Source: a virus
DNA: 64,000 bases
Reading direction: 5' to 3' (one strand)
IMG/VR virus record: IMGVR_UViG_3300043313_001099
Span: 11,462 to 75,461 of that record
The notes below the pieces were generated by a model. That model was not told the origin of the DNA. It ran no database searches and was given only the letters and a program-made list of their open reading frames with translations. Below are positions 28,759-37,578 of this stretch, piece after piece. Position numbers and translations under genes: made by a program. Every line of letters starts with the position of its first letter. The first letter of the stretch is position 1.

Positions 28759-28953
28759 ATGGGACGAAGCAACTACGGCGCGCAGGGCACCCTCTCCGCC
28801 TCCGGCATCAAGTGGACCGTCAGCCTCCGGGACACGACGATCACCGTGACCGCCAGCGGCAGCCCGGACTCGACCTCCATGTACTGGACCCCCAACGACG
28901 CCTACACGGCATACACCCACCTGGTGACCGCGCTCACCAACGTCAGCGAGTAG
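28759..28953 (+). CDS. Hypothetical protein (64 aa), cassette gene
   Basis: Follows P1 and the CCCCGACAGGA leader. Confidence 0.75.
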   Translation: MGRSNYGAQGTLSASGIKWTVSLRDTTITVTASGSPDSTSMYWTPNDAYTAYTHLVTALTNVSE

Positions 28954-28956
28954 GCC

Positions 28957-29175
28957 ATGACCACGGAGCCCCTCAACTGGCGCGTCAAGTCCGGCCACCT
29001 GGTCGACGGGATGGTCCGCTGGACTGTCATCATCGACGGCTGCTCCCTCACCATCGAGGAGGAGGGTGACCCGGTGACCGGGTACGACGAGATCACCCAC
29101 TATTACGACACGCCGGAGGATGCCGACCGGGCGGGTGCTCGCGTTGCGGCCAGCCTGGAGGCGCGGAGCGTGTAG
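28957..29175 (+). CDS. Hypothetical protein (72 aa), cassette gene
   Basis: Starts 3 nt after the previous stop; followed by a terminator. Confidence 0.75.
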   Translation: MTTEPLNWRVKSGHLVDGMVRWTVIIDGCSLTIEEEGDPVTGYDEITHYYDTPEDADRAGARVAASLEARSV

Positions 29176-29190
29176 CCGCCCAGCCAGTAC

Positions 29191-29233
29191 GACCACGCCG
29201 GCCCCTGGATCGCACCCAGGGGCCGGCGTGGTC
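29191..29233. terminator. Bidirectional intrinsic terminator (perfect 18-bp stem)
   Basis: GACCACGCCGGCCCCTGG-N7-CCAGGGGCCGGCGTGGTC between convergent units. Confidence 0.85.
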
Positions 29234-29304
29234 TGTCGGGGGATGGAAGTGTGGGCGCGGGCTGCCGGACTCCCCGAGGGGGTCAGGTCTGAGCTCCGCG
29301 CAGT

Positions 29305-29374
29305 AGCGGGCGTCCGACTCGAACGGCGTTTCCGGGTGCATGATCCCGGCGTGGTTCCACTCCACTACGCCCGC
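29305..29374 (-). tRNA. Atypical tRNA-like RNA (CAT in an 8-nt anticodon loop, short T-stem, no encoded CCA)
   Basis: Minus strand folds as GCGGGCG TA GTGG-AGTGGAA-CCAC G CCGGG-ATCATGCA-CCCGG AAAC GCCG-TTCGAGT-CGGA CGCCCGC T. Confidence 0.6.
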
Positions 29375-29404
29375 GCTGGACCGGCAGAGGCCGGCCCGGG
29401 TCGA

Positions 29405-29749
29405 TCAGGTACCCACCTTGGGGGACGCGGCGTGGTCGGCGGAGGTGGCGGACACCCAGTGGAACTCGCCGTTCGGGCCCACGGGCCGGTGCTGGCCGCA
29501 GCCGGTGCAGTAGGTGGCCCCGTAGAACTTGGGGTCACGGGCGTACGTCTCGGCCAGCCCGACGCCCATGGTGGTCACCGTTCCGCAGGGCTGGTGCCAG
29601 TAGGAGCGGCGCACGGGGCGGATGAAGCCCTTCGCGCGCTCCTCCTCGGAGAGCACCAGGTACACCTCAGCCTGTGGGCGGGCCGGGGCGTCGGCCGGGT
29701 CAACGCCGTGCGTGAGGCGCGGGTCGGTCGGGTCGTCGGTGAGGCTCAA
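29405..29749 (-). CDS. Zn-binding hypothetical phage protein
   Basis: HQPCG and YCTGC motifs; GFIRPVRRSY. Confidence 0.78.
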   Translation of the reverse strand: MSLTDDPTDPRLTHGVDPADAPARPQAEVYLVLSEEERAKGFIRPVRRSYWHQPCGTVTTMGVGLAETYARDPKFYGATYCTGCGQHRPVGPNGEFHWVSATSADHAASPKVGT

Positions 29750-29968
29750 TGCGCAGTCCTTTCCTGGAGGGCGGGGCGGCGCGGCTGTCCCACGAGGAGC
29801 TCGTCCAGGAGGCGGGTGAGGGCGCGGCGCAGGGACTCCACGGCGGCCACCACCCTCCGGACATGGCGAGAGCCCGGCTGGCGGGCCGGGCTCTCGTAGT
29901 CACTGTGTGGGGCGCGATGGGTACAGTGCGCCTGCTGCGTCAGACGGTACAGCCCCACCGCCAGTCGA

Positions 29969-30367
29969 TCAAGTCCGGGTGAGTTCTCCGGCGCGTCGGG
30001 CGGCCAGGATCCGCACGATGGCCTTGACCTCCCCCACGTAGAACGCCGGGCGGTTGTCGGGGGTGAGGCCGCGCACCAGCAGGTGAACGCGGGTGGAGCC
30101 ATCCGGCCCGATGACGCCTCGGCGTCGCCAGGACCGGATGGTCTCCTCCTCTACGCCCGCCAGTTCGGCGGCGTCGGCGGTGCTGACGAGATCCTCGTCC
30201 GCATGGATGACCTGTCGGGGGATCAGCCATGTTTCACCCAGGGCCACGATGTGCCGGTCCAGTACGGCGCAGGTCTCAGGGTCAACGATCTGTAGCTGGT
30301 TCCGGTACAGCCGTGCTACTGACCGTGCGATGTTGACCTTGGTTCCACTACCGCCAGATTCGGACAC
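29969..30367 (-). CDS. MerR/excisionase-type HTH DNA-binding protein
   Basis: LVSTADAAELAGVEEETIRSWRRRG HTH. Confidence 0.75.
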   Translation of the reverse strand: MSESGGSGTKVNIARSVARLYRNQLQIVDPETCAVLDRHIVALGETWLIPRQVIHADEDLVSTADAAELAGVEEETIRSWRRRGVIGPDGSTRVHLLVRGLTPDNRPAFYVGEVKAIVRILAARRAGELTRT

Positions 30368-30778
30368 TTGGCCCCCGCCTTAGTGGTCTCTGTGATCACT
30401 CAGGCACCTCACTGTAACTTTCTACCCGCGCGTAACAAGCCTGTCATCTGGGCGACTTCTGGTGCCCAGTTGTAGAGAGCTAACGAACCTTTGGGCGGGC
30501 AGGTCAGACCGGGCGGTTAGTACAAGCGTTCGATACGGCGGAGGCGATATCTGAGCGTGACCACGACGCCTATCGAAGTATCGGGAGGGGGCGGCACGAG
30601 CATTGACCGGTTTCCAGATGATTGCCTGGGGATACCGTCCGGAAATCAACGGAATCGTCACCCTGGCCGGCCCGGCGCAGCGGAGCAGATCCGAACGGCC
30701 GGGTCCGCCCCCGAGGCCGAGCAAGACCGCAGAGAGGTTACCGGCCGTTCAGTAGTGTTCTAAAACGGCAGGGCCCGA

Positions 30779-31363
30779 TTAGCCCTTTACCGCCTCGGCG
30801 CGGCCCAGTGCGCGGTAGACCGTGGAGCGAGCCACCCCGAACAACTCCGCAAGATCCGTCGATGTGTGTGCCCCCTCCTCGTGGAGCTTGACGAGGTGCG
30901 CCTCCTGTGCGGGGTTCAGCTTGGGGCGCTTCCCCCGCAGCCTCCCCTTGGAGCGGGCCACAGCCATCCCCTCCCGGGTGCGGAGCCGGATGAGGTCGAG
31001 CTCGAACTCCGCGAAGGTGGCCAGGATGTTGAAGAACATCTTGCCCATGGGGTCGGCCGGGTCGTAGATGGAGCCTCCGAGGGAGAGTCGGACGCCCCGG
31101 GCGGTGAGGGAGTCTCCGATGTCGCGGGCGTCCGGTACGGAGCGGGCCAGGCGGTCCAGCTTGGGCACGACGAGGGTGTCTCCGGCGCGGCAGGCGGCGA
31201 GCGCTTCGCGGAGGCCGGGGCGTTCGCGGTTGGCTCCGGTGAGTCCGTGGTCGAGGTAGATGCGCTCCGCGTCCACGCCGAGCGCAGTGAGGGCGTCTCG
31301 CTGAGCGGTGAGGTCCTGTTCGTCGGTGGAGCATCGGGCGTACCCGATGAGAAGTCCGGCCAT
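30779..31363 (-). CDS. Small serine recombinase (resolvase/invertase family)
   Basis: IGYARCST catalytic Ser, VVPKLDRLARS, FAEFE...RTREG, C-terminal HTH; TACACT-N7-ATG leaderless start. Confidence 0.95.
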   Translation of the reverse strand: MAGLLIGYARCSTDEQDLTAQRDALTALGVDAERIYLDHGLTGANRERPGLREALAACRAGDTLVVPKLDRLARSVPDARDIGDSLTARGVRLSLGGSIYDPADPMGKMFFNILATFAEFELDLIRLRTREGMAVARSKGRLRGKRPKLNPAQEAHLVKLHEEGAHTSTDLAELFGVARSTVYRALGRAEAVKG

Positions 31364-31370
31364 GCCGATC

Positions 31371-31500
31371 AGTGTACCGTTTAGCGCCCCCTGACCGGGC
31401 ATATTTGGGGGCGGGTCTTACGGGACAGGGCCGACCAGGGCAGACGCCTCCCGGGCCACCCGGGCGAAGGTGTCCCGGTAGCCGATCCCCTTACGGACAC
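31371..31500. promoter_or_regulatory. Putative res site and resolvase promoter
   Basis: Subsites bounded by TGT(A/C)C...GG(A/G)CA at 31373-31401, 31417-31427 and 31471-31499, directly upstream of the resolvase. Confidence 0.6.
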
Positions 31501-31575
31501 CCTCTGGCGGGCACGGAGAAGCCCCGGAGAGCTCGCTCACCCGGGGCCTCGGCCGTCCTGCACCACTCGGCCCGC

Positions 31576-32292
31576 CTACATCGCCTCGGTCCACTCCACG
31601 CGCTCCCCTTCCACCGTGGCCGCGTGGACCTCTCCGGCGTGCCCGGCCAGCCCTGCACACCACGCCACCTCGATCCGGCCGCGCACCGAGTAGTCCCCCC
31701 GGGAGTTCGGCAGCTCGTACTGGACCAGCTTCAACCGGCCGAGGTCAACCACGGCCGGGCAGAGGCCGGCCTGACGCCGGAGCTCCCCCGTGCTCGCCAG
31801 CTCCGCCTGGAACGCGGCCGTCACCCGCGACACCACAGCGCGGTACGGCGACTCCAGCTCCCCCCAGTCGTTCGGCACGGATTGTTCGGTGAACAGGCCC
31901 GCCCTGACCGGGATCTTCCTCGGGGTCTCCCAGTCGGCTCCGAGGGCGAGGGAGTTGAGGCCGGGGAAGGCGGCCCGGAAGGCGGCCGGCAGGAGATCCA
32001 GGGAAACGCGGGCGTAGGCGTCCGAGCGGTCCAGGGCGGCCCGGAGTTCGTCGGCGGTCGGGGCCGGGCTGGTCCGGTTCCACACCTCCCAGGCGCGTAC
32101 CACGTCGGGGAAGGCGCGGCGGAGGGCGGCCAGGTTCTCCGGCGTGCTCTGTGCCTTGACGATGAGCCGGAGCAGGTTCCCGGTGAACGAGTCCTCCGAG
32201 CCCCCGAGGAACAGTGCGAGGTCTCCGAGGCCGGTCATGGGTTCCGTGGAGCCGGGCAGGCCGGCGCGTACCCAGGGTGTGCGGTCAGACAC
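31576..32292 (-). CDS. Hypothetical protein
   Basis: GTG start overlapping the upstream stop; RBS present. Confidence 0.65.
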   Translation of the reverse strand: MSDRTPWVRAGLPGSTEPMTGLGDLALFLGGSEDSFTGNLLRLIVKAQSTPENLAALRRAFPDVVRAWEVWNRTSPAPTADELRAALDRSDAYARVSLDLLPAAFRAAFPGLNSLALGADWETPRKIPVRAGLFTEQSVPNDWGELESPYRAVVSRVTAAFQAELASTGELRRQAGLCPAVVDLGRLKLVQYELPNSRGDYSVRGRIEVAWCAGLAGHAGEVHAATVEGERVEWTEAM

Positions 32293-32785
32293 GGGGGCGG
32301 TCCTTCCTCGTAGGGCTGTTGTACCGGGGCGGGCTGGTCGGGTAGATGTCCCGGCCGGTGGCGCGGGCGGCCCGCTCCACGATCCGGGCGGCGTGGTCCT
32401 CCCCTTCGCCCGGGGGCACCAGGGGGATGTTGAAGGGCGGCGTACCGAGGAGGGTGACGAGGACCTCTCCCGGGTTGACCTGTGTGGAGATGTTGGGCGG
32501 CAGGGTGCGCTGCTGGCTGGAGTTGGCGGCGTACAGGGCGTCGGAGAGGAGGAGGCAGGGCGCGGCGGCAGTCCGCACGGTACGGAGGCCGTGGCCGTAG
32601 CGGGGACGGTCAAGGCGGAGCGCCTCCTCCCATCCGTTCAGGGGCTCCCGGAGGGTGCGGAGGATGCCGCGCTGGAGGCAGTCGTGGAAGCCGGCCACCT
32701 GGACGAGGGAGGGGCCGGCGAGTAGGAAGTACTGCACCGTCCACCAGTCGGCGGCGGTAGCGGCCTCCCAGGTGCCGTCGCTCAT
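32285..32785 (-). CDS. Hypothetical protein (166 aa)
   Basis: ATGA coupling in operon. Confidence 0.65.
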   Translation of the reverse strand: MSDGTWEAATAADWWTVQYFLLAGPSLVQVAGFHDCLQRGILRTLREPLNGWEEALRLDRPRYGHGLRTVRTAAAPCLLLSDALYAANSSQQRTLPPNISTQVNPGEVLVTLLGTPPFNIPLVPPGEGEDHAARIVERAARATGRDIYPTSPPRYNSPTRKDRPRV

Positions 32786-33219
32786 GAGCCGGCACCGGCC
32801 CGGCGGGCCAGGGCGGCGGCGGCGAGGAGGGAGCGGCCGGCGTCCCGGGCTTCCGCTGCGGAGAGGGCAACCGGGTGCCCCCCGGCTGCGGTGTCCAGGT
32901 GGATGTGGTCGCCGTGCAGGCGGTAGTTCAGCACTCCGCCCTGGACCATCATGTCCATGCTGTACCCCTCGTAGTCCGTGAGATCACCGACCTGAGTGCC
33001 GGGCCCGACGCCGAGGTGCGCCCGGAAGGCGGCCAGGTCCTCCGCGAGCTCCTCGGCAGCGGCGGCACAGGCCAGGCCGGCGGCCATGACCACATCCAGG
33101 TCCGGGTAGTCCTCGGCGTGGTTGTACGCATCCGCGAGCTCCCGGAGGGCGGCGATGCGGGCGGCGACGTTGCCGCTCTGCGGCGGGGGCGGGGCGGGGC
33201 GAGTGTTGTTGCTGGTCAT
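32782..33219 (-). CDS. Hypothetical protein
   Basis: GAGGAG RBS before MTSNN. Confidence 0.7.
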   Translation of the reverse strand: MTSNNTRPAPPPPQSGNVAARIAALRELADAYNHAEDYPDLDVVMAAGLACAAAAEELAEDLAAFRAHLGVGPGTQVGDLTDYEGYSMDMMVQGGVLNYRLHGDHIHLDTAAGGHPVALSAAEARDAGRSLLAAAALARRAGAGS

Positions 33220-33240
33220 GCGGTGGCTCCTCGGTCGGGT

Positions 33241-33289
33241 ATGGCAATTTGCCATCGGTTTGCTATCCGCTTGCCATCGGGTTTGCTAC
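33241..33289. repeat. TTGCCAT array 1 (palindrome ATGGCAATTTGCCAT plus phased repeats)
   Basis: Heptamers at 33249, 33260, 33271, 33283. Confidence 0.85.
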
Positions 33290-33446
33290 GCGCCGGTCTG
33301 TCCGACTGTGGGCCAGGTGATCCACGGGCTGATCGGCCGGGGCGGGAGGGTGGTACGGACCCACAGAGGTTCGCGGGGGGCGTCGCCGGCCTCGATCCGT
33401 TCGGCCAGCTCAGCAAGGGTGCGTGCTTGCAGAGGAGCCGCGCGGT

Positions 33447-33494
33447 ATGGCAATTTGCCATCGCCTTGCCATGTGGTTGTCATTGCCTTGCCAT
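33447..33494. repeat. TTGCCAT array 2
   Basis: Palindrome at 33447; heptamers at 33455, 33466, 33477, 33488 (exact 11-bp period). Confidence 0.88.
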
Positions 33495-33923
33495 CCTCTC
33501 CTGCTCCAGCCGGCGCTCAACGGCGGCGAGCTGGTCGGTCAGGGTGTCGACGTTGAGCTCCGCCAGGTCCCGCCCGCGCTGGGCGGCTGCCAGCTCCGCG
33601 CCCATGCGCTCCTCGGTGATCCGGACAGCCTCGTCCACCAGCCGCCGGAACCGCTCATCGCCGGCCAGGCTTCGCCGGAGGTAGTCCAGTGCAGGGCCGG
33701 GGGTGATCGTGCCAGCACCGGCGTAGAGGTCGGCGCACCGCTGGTACACATCCAGCACGGCCGGCGGGGCGGTGGCGTCCCGGGCCGGGCACGGGTCGCC
33801 GGCCCACGTCGCGTAGGTCTGCCCGCAGGACGTGCAGCGGGAACCGGGGCCTCTGCTGGATGTCCAGCGGTGGCCGGAGCGGGCCTCCTCCTCCACCCAT
33901 GCCGGGTCGCGGGGGGCGGTCAT
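33480..33923 (-). CDS. Hypothetical protein with CxxC and coiled coil
   Basis: ATGA coupling; CTSC motif. Confidence 0.68.
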   Translation of the reverse strand: MTAPRDPAWVEEEARSGHRWTSSRGPGSRCTSCGQTYATWAGDPCPARDATAPPAVLDVYQRCADLYAGAGTITPGPALDYLRRSLAGDERFRRLVDEAVRITEERMGAELAAAQRGRDLAELNVDTLTDQLAAVERRLEQERMARQ

Positions 33924-34567
33924 GTCCGGGGCCAGGTACCGAGGCGGGCGGCGGTAGCCAGGCAGTACAGGGAGCGCACGAGGTTGCCCGGACCCACGCC
34001 GCTGGTCGCCCACATGTCGTCCCGGTCCACGAGGCGCACGGTGTCCTCCAGGGGCTTCCCCCTCATCCGGGTGAGGCCGTAGCCGTAGCCGTTGATGTCG
34101 ACGGCGGTGACGGTGCGGACCTCGACGCGCTTCCGGTTGTTAACGAGGCTGCGGACGCCGCGTAGCTGAGCGGCCCGGTCCTCATCGGTGAGATCCTCCT
34201 CCGCCACCATCCAGCCCTCATTCATAGCGACAACGGCGGCGATGCCGTCTCGGGCGTCGGCGTAGGCCAGGGCCGGCAGGTCGCGGTCCGGGGCGGGGAG
34301 GGACAGGGCGGTCGTGCGGAGGTCGTCGGCGGGGTTGTCCAGGCCGGTGCGCCAGGCCCGACTGGAGACCGGGCGGACCTCAACGGCGTTGGTGTCCAGG
34401 TCGGCCAGGTGAAGGGTCCAGACGCGGGCCGGCTGGTCCCATCCGAGCCGCTCCCCCTCCCGGGCCTCGATGGAGCGGAGGGCACAGATCAGGCCGTCCC
34501 GTTCACGGTTGCCGGTCACGTCCTCCCAGCGGCCGAGGATGATGCGCTTCCGTTCGATGTACGCCAT
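33920..34567 (-). CDS. Hypothetical protein
   Basis: AAAGGAG RBS before MAYIERK. Confidence 0.72.
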   Translation of the reverse strand: MAYIERKRIILGRWEDVTGNRERDGLICALRSIEAREGERLGWDQPARVWTLHLADLDTNAVEVRPVSSRAWRTGLDNPADDLRTTALSLPAPDRDLPALAYADARDGIAAVVAMNEGWMVAEEDLTDEDRAAQLRGVRSLVNNRKRVEVRTVTAVDINGYGYGLTRMRGKPLEDTVRLVDRDDMWATSGVGPGNLVRSLYCLATAARLGTWPRT

Positions 34568-34610
34568 GCCGGCGGGGTCTCCTTTGCTGGTAGGGGTGTC
34601 GTTACGGAGT

Positions 34611-34648
34611 AGTGTACGGGATCGTTTACGGGGCGGTACACTGCTTCC
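34611..34648. promoter_or_regulatory. TA promoter/operator: inverted repeat AGTGTAC-N18-GTACACT giving divergent TACACT -10 boxes
   Basis: TACACT 6 nt before the antitoxin ATG (leaderless). Confidence 0.6.
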
Positions 34649-34906
34649 ATGACGAGGATGCTGCGGGTCTCTGCCGACACCCATGAGAGGCTGCTCTCGC
34701 TGGTCCGGGCCGAGTACCCGGGCCGGACCGTGAACGATGTGCTCGGCGTGCTCCTCGATGAGCATTGGGAGCGGCAGGCCATCTTGGCTGTGGACTCCAC
34801 GTCGGACGCCGAATGGGAGGGATGGCGGGCCGAGATGCGTGACCTTGACCGGCTCGGTAGCCCCGACGTTGACCCGTGGGTCCACTCCACGGAGCAGGCC
34901 GCGTGA
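34649..34906 (+). CDS. Antitoxin (RHH-like N-terminus, acidic C-terminus)
   Basis: MLRVSADTHERL; overlaps toxin start (GTGA). Confidence 0.8.
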   Translation: MTRMLRVSADTHERLLSLVRAEYPGRTVNDVLGVLLDEHWERQAILAVDSTSDAEWEGWRAEMRDLDRLGSPDVDPWVHSTEQAA

Positions 34907-35238
34907 TCCCCGATCCGTGGACCGTGTGGTGGGCCGACCTCGACCCGACAGAAGGGCACGAGCAGGGTGGGCACCGGCCGGTCGTGGTGATCTCCTCCCC
35001 GCTGCATGTCCGCCTCACCCGGGGAGAGCTGGTCACGGTCGCGCCGATCACCAGCCGCGACCGGCCGACCTGGCTGCACCGGGTACCCGTCGTCACGCCC
35101 CGGGGAACCTCGTACGTGGTAGCCGAGCAGCTCCGCAGCATCGCGGTTGCCCGGTTGGGTGACCGGCCAGCCTGGCGGCTCACCCCGCACGAGGCGGCGG
35201 CGGTACGGCAGGTCCTCCGGCGCATGGTGGACTTCTGA
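34903..35238 (+). CDS. mazF: MazF/PemK-family endoribonuclease toxin
   Basis: WWADLDPTEGHEQGGHRPVVVIS, VAPITS, EQLRSI motifs. Confidence 0.92.
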   Translation: MIPDPWTVWWADLDPTEGHEQGGHRPVVVISSPLHVRLTRGELVTVAPITSRDRPTWLHRVPVVTPRGTSYVVAEQLRSIAVARLGDRPAWRLTPHEAAAVRQVLRRMVDF

Positions 35239-35361
35239 CCGCCTCGTGTACGGTGATGCTTGCGAGCCCTAATTCGTGATCTACCCCGTGGGCAGTAGCT
35301 CCCAGAAGTGAGCCCGGTCCCCGTCCGGACGGTCGGCGGCCGGGCTTCACGCTGTCCGGGG

Positions 35362-36111
35362 TCAGCGGCGACGCCCCACCTGCCGGGCGAGGAGCTCCAG
35401 GGTGTACTGGCCGTACTCCTCCAGGGTGAGGGAGTGGCCGCAGTTGTCACAGGTGATCGTCTCCGTGCCGACCAGCCAGTGCAGTCCGCGTTCCCCACAG
35501 CCCGTGGTGCGGGAGGAGCAGCGCCACTTCTGGCAGCGGAGATCGCCGTGGATGCGGCAGGGCACCAGCGGGCAGGGACCTTCCCGGGGCTCCCGGGCCT
35601 CGGTGACTCCCCGGTACCGGCGTACCCGGCGGCACAGGTCCGCGAGCTGTACGGCGGCGTCCGCCCCGTCCATGTCTACCGGCTCCGCCTCGCCGTAGCG
35701 GAGGACGCCGGCCGGCGGCAGGGAGCGGAGGGTGGGGAAGTGCTCCAGGAGGATGCGGCCGGCGCGGGCCACTGCGACATGGCCGCGCACGCCGCGCTCA
35801 GCTACGTCGGCGAGGCCGGCGGCGGCGGCCACGGGTACCGCCCACATCTCCAGGGTCCAGCGGATCTCGCGGGCCATGGCGTCCGCGCCGAGGTTGATCG
35901 GGATGGCGGCCTCGACGCTGCGGGAGCCGGGCATGGAGGAGAGGCCACGGCCGACCAGTTGGCCCTGCTCATCTCCGAGGGCCTCGTAGTGGTCGGGGAG
36001 CTCCCGTACCGCCTGGATGGCGTGGCGTTCGCAGGGCCAGCACAGCGCCCCCCCGGTGTCATCCGAGGGGGCGTCGCGGTTGCGGCAGTAGGGGCCGAAT
36101 CGGCAGGTCAT
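35362..36111 (-). CDS. Zn-finger phage protein (possible late-transcription regulator)
   Basis: LCWPC, GPCP and CDNCG Cys clusters. Confidence 0.7.
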   Translation of the reverse strand: MTCRFGPYCRNRDAPSDDTGGALCWPCERHAIQAVRELPDHYEALGDEQGQLVGRGLSSMPGSRSVEAAIPINLGADAMAREIRWTLEMWAVPVAAAAGLADVAERGVRGHVAVARAGRILLEHFPTLRSLPPAGVLRYGEAEPVDMDGADAAVQLADLCRRVRRYRGVTEAREPREGPCPLVPCRIHGDLRCQKWRCSSRTTGCGERGLHWLVGTETITCDNCGHSLTLEEYGQYTLELLARQVGRRR

Positions 36112-36491
36112 TGGGCGGCGAGTCTCGGGGCGTCCACGGCGACCGTCAGGAGGCGGCGGCGCAGGCCGGGGATGGCCGGACCGCGCAGGCCGGCCGAGGT
36201 CTCCAGGTCCCGCTGGGCGGGCTGGATCGGGGAAGCGGGGACGGTGCGGCCCTCATCGGCCGGGCCACCGATGGCCTCCAGGAGCTCCTGCGTGACGGTG
36301 CGGATCAGGTGGTCGGCCACGGACTCGATGATGGCCGTCGCGGCGTCGATCCAGGCGGCCCGCTGTGCCTCCGGGAGGTCATCCCAGGAGGGCATGTTCA
36401 GGCCGGCGTGGTTCTTCCAGTCGGCGCGGCGGCCGTAGGCGTGGTAGCCGATCTGGGCCGGTGCGGCGGCCGGGGGAAGGGTGGGTGACAT
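36108..36491 (-). CDS. Hypothetical protein
   Basis: MPSWDDLPEAQRAAW motif; ATGA coupling. Confidence 0.7.
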   Translation of the reverse strand: MSPTLPPAAAPAQIGYHAYGRRADWKNHAGLNMPSWDDLPEAQRAAWIDAATAIIESVADHLIRTVTQELLEAIGGPADEGRTVPASPIQPAQRDLETSAGLRGPAIPGLRRRLLTVAVDAPRLAAQ

Positions 36492-36587
36492 GCGAGTTCT
36501 CCCTCGTCGGGTAAGGGGTGGGTGCGCCGGGCACTGTAACGGAACCAGCCGCCGTGGTGTCGCTGACACGGCGGCCGGTTCTGCTGG

Positions 36588-36779
36588 TCAGCGGCGTGTC
36601 TCGGCTCGGTGGGCAATGAAGGCCGCGAGGTTGCAGGCGGCAATGAAGATGGCGAACCACATCGCAACCGTGCGGCGGTTGACGACGGCGAATCCGATGG
36701 CTACCAGGCTGGAGAAGTAGCAGCCGAGGAGGAACACGTCCACCATCGGCCGAGGGTCGATGCGGCGGAGCCTGCTCAT
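36588..36779 (-). CDS. Small 2-TM membrane protein
   Basis: Two hydrophobic helices; ATGA coupling. Confidence 0.65.
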   Translation of the reverse strand: MSRLRRIDPRPMVDVFLLGCYFSSLVAIGFAVVNRRTVAMWFAIFIAACNLAAFIAHRAETRR

Positions 36780-37141
36780 CGGCCATTCCAGGTCAGCTCG
36801 AAGATCGCCGGCCGGTCCGCCGTGGCGGCGTGCCGGGGCACGATCCTGTACCAGGCGCGGCAGCCGCCCCGGGTCGGGTTGCCCCGGCGGTACGCCCACG
36901 GCTTCCCACACTCGATCAGGCAGTTGTGCCGGTCGGCGCGGTCCACGGCCCAGCGGGAAACGAAGGTGGCGATGCCGCAGCAGGGGGCGGTGACCCGGTA
37001 CCGGGCGTCGTCGCCTTTCTCCGGCCGGTGCAGGGTGGCCTCTACGAGGATCGGCTCCCCCTTGCGTACCGAGGGGCGGCCGGTCGGCGTCCGCAGCTCC
37101 TCCCTGGTGTAGATGTGCGGCGCGGCGTCCACGGCGGTCAC
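36776..37141 (-). CDS. Cys-rich hypothetical protein
   Basis: PCCG, CLIEC, GGC. Confidence 0.65.
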   Translation of the reverse strand: MTAVDAAPHIYTREELRTPTGRPSVRKGEPILVEATLHRPEKGDDARYRVTAPCCGIATFVSRWAVDRADRHNCLIECGKPWAYRRGNPTRGGCRAWYRIVPRHAATADRPAIFELTWNGR

Positions 37142-37578
37142 CGCTCGCCCATCTCGGGCCGAACGTGCAGCGCGATGCCGAGGGCGTCCAGGACCACCTG
37201 GCCGTTGGTACGGTCAAAGCGGCACAGGATGTCTCCGAGGCGGTCGATCTGCCGTCCCGTGGCCAGGCCGACCGCAAGGCGGAGCGCGCCGAACGCAGAG
37301 CTGGACAGGTAGCCGATCCACCGTGCGGACTCCGGGGCCGGGTCGGAGCCGGCCAGCTCGGCGGCGTCCAGGGCGGCGCACAGTTCCCGCCACTGGGCGG
37401 ATAGCCCCTCCGGGTCGGCGTGGAGGCAAGCCCGGAGGCCGGCGTGCTCCAGGAGGCTGCCGCCGTTGAAGCCGGTCAGGATGGCAATGGCGGCCTGCCG
37501 GTTGAGGTCATCGTTGCGGTGTGTATGGCGGAGGGCGGCGGCCAGGGCGGCCTGCGCGGCGGTGCGTACGTCGATCAT
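37138..37578 (-). CDS. Hypothetical protein (146 aa)
   Basis: GAGGAG RBS; coupled operon. Confidence 0.7.
   Translation of the reverse strand: MIDVRTAAQAALAAALRHTHRNDDLNRQAAIAILTGFNGGSLLEHAGLRACLHADPEGLSAQWRELCAALDAAELAGSDPAPESARWIGYLSSSAFGALRLAVGLATGRQIDRLGDILCRFDRTNGQVVLDALGIALHVRPEMGER

Noticed and set aside
30779-31363. Gin/Cin-type tail-fibre inversion system
   Set aside because: Recombinase is 25 kb from the tail genes; no inverted fibre cassettes or flanking crossover repeats seen; too small to be a large serine integrase
33286-33483. 65-aa ORF MTTTWQGDGKLP... and similar WQDDGKLP peptides near 44800
   Set aside because: Shared peptide is just the translation of the DNA repeat; may be a real gene but support is insufficient
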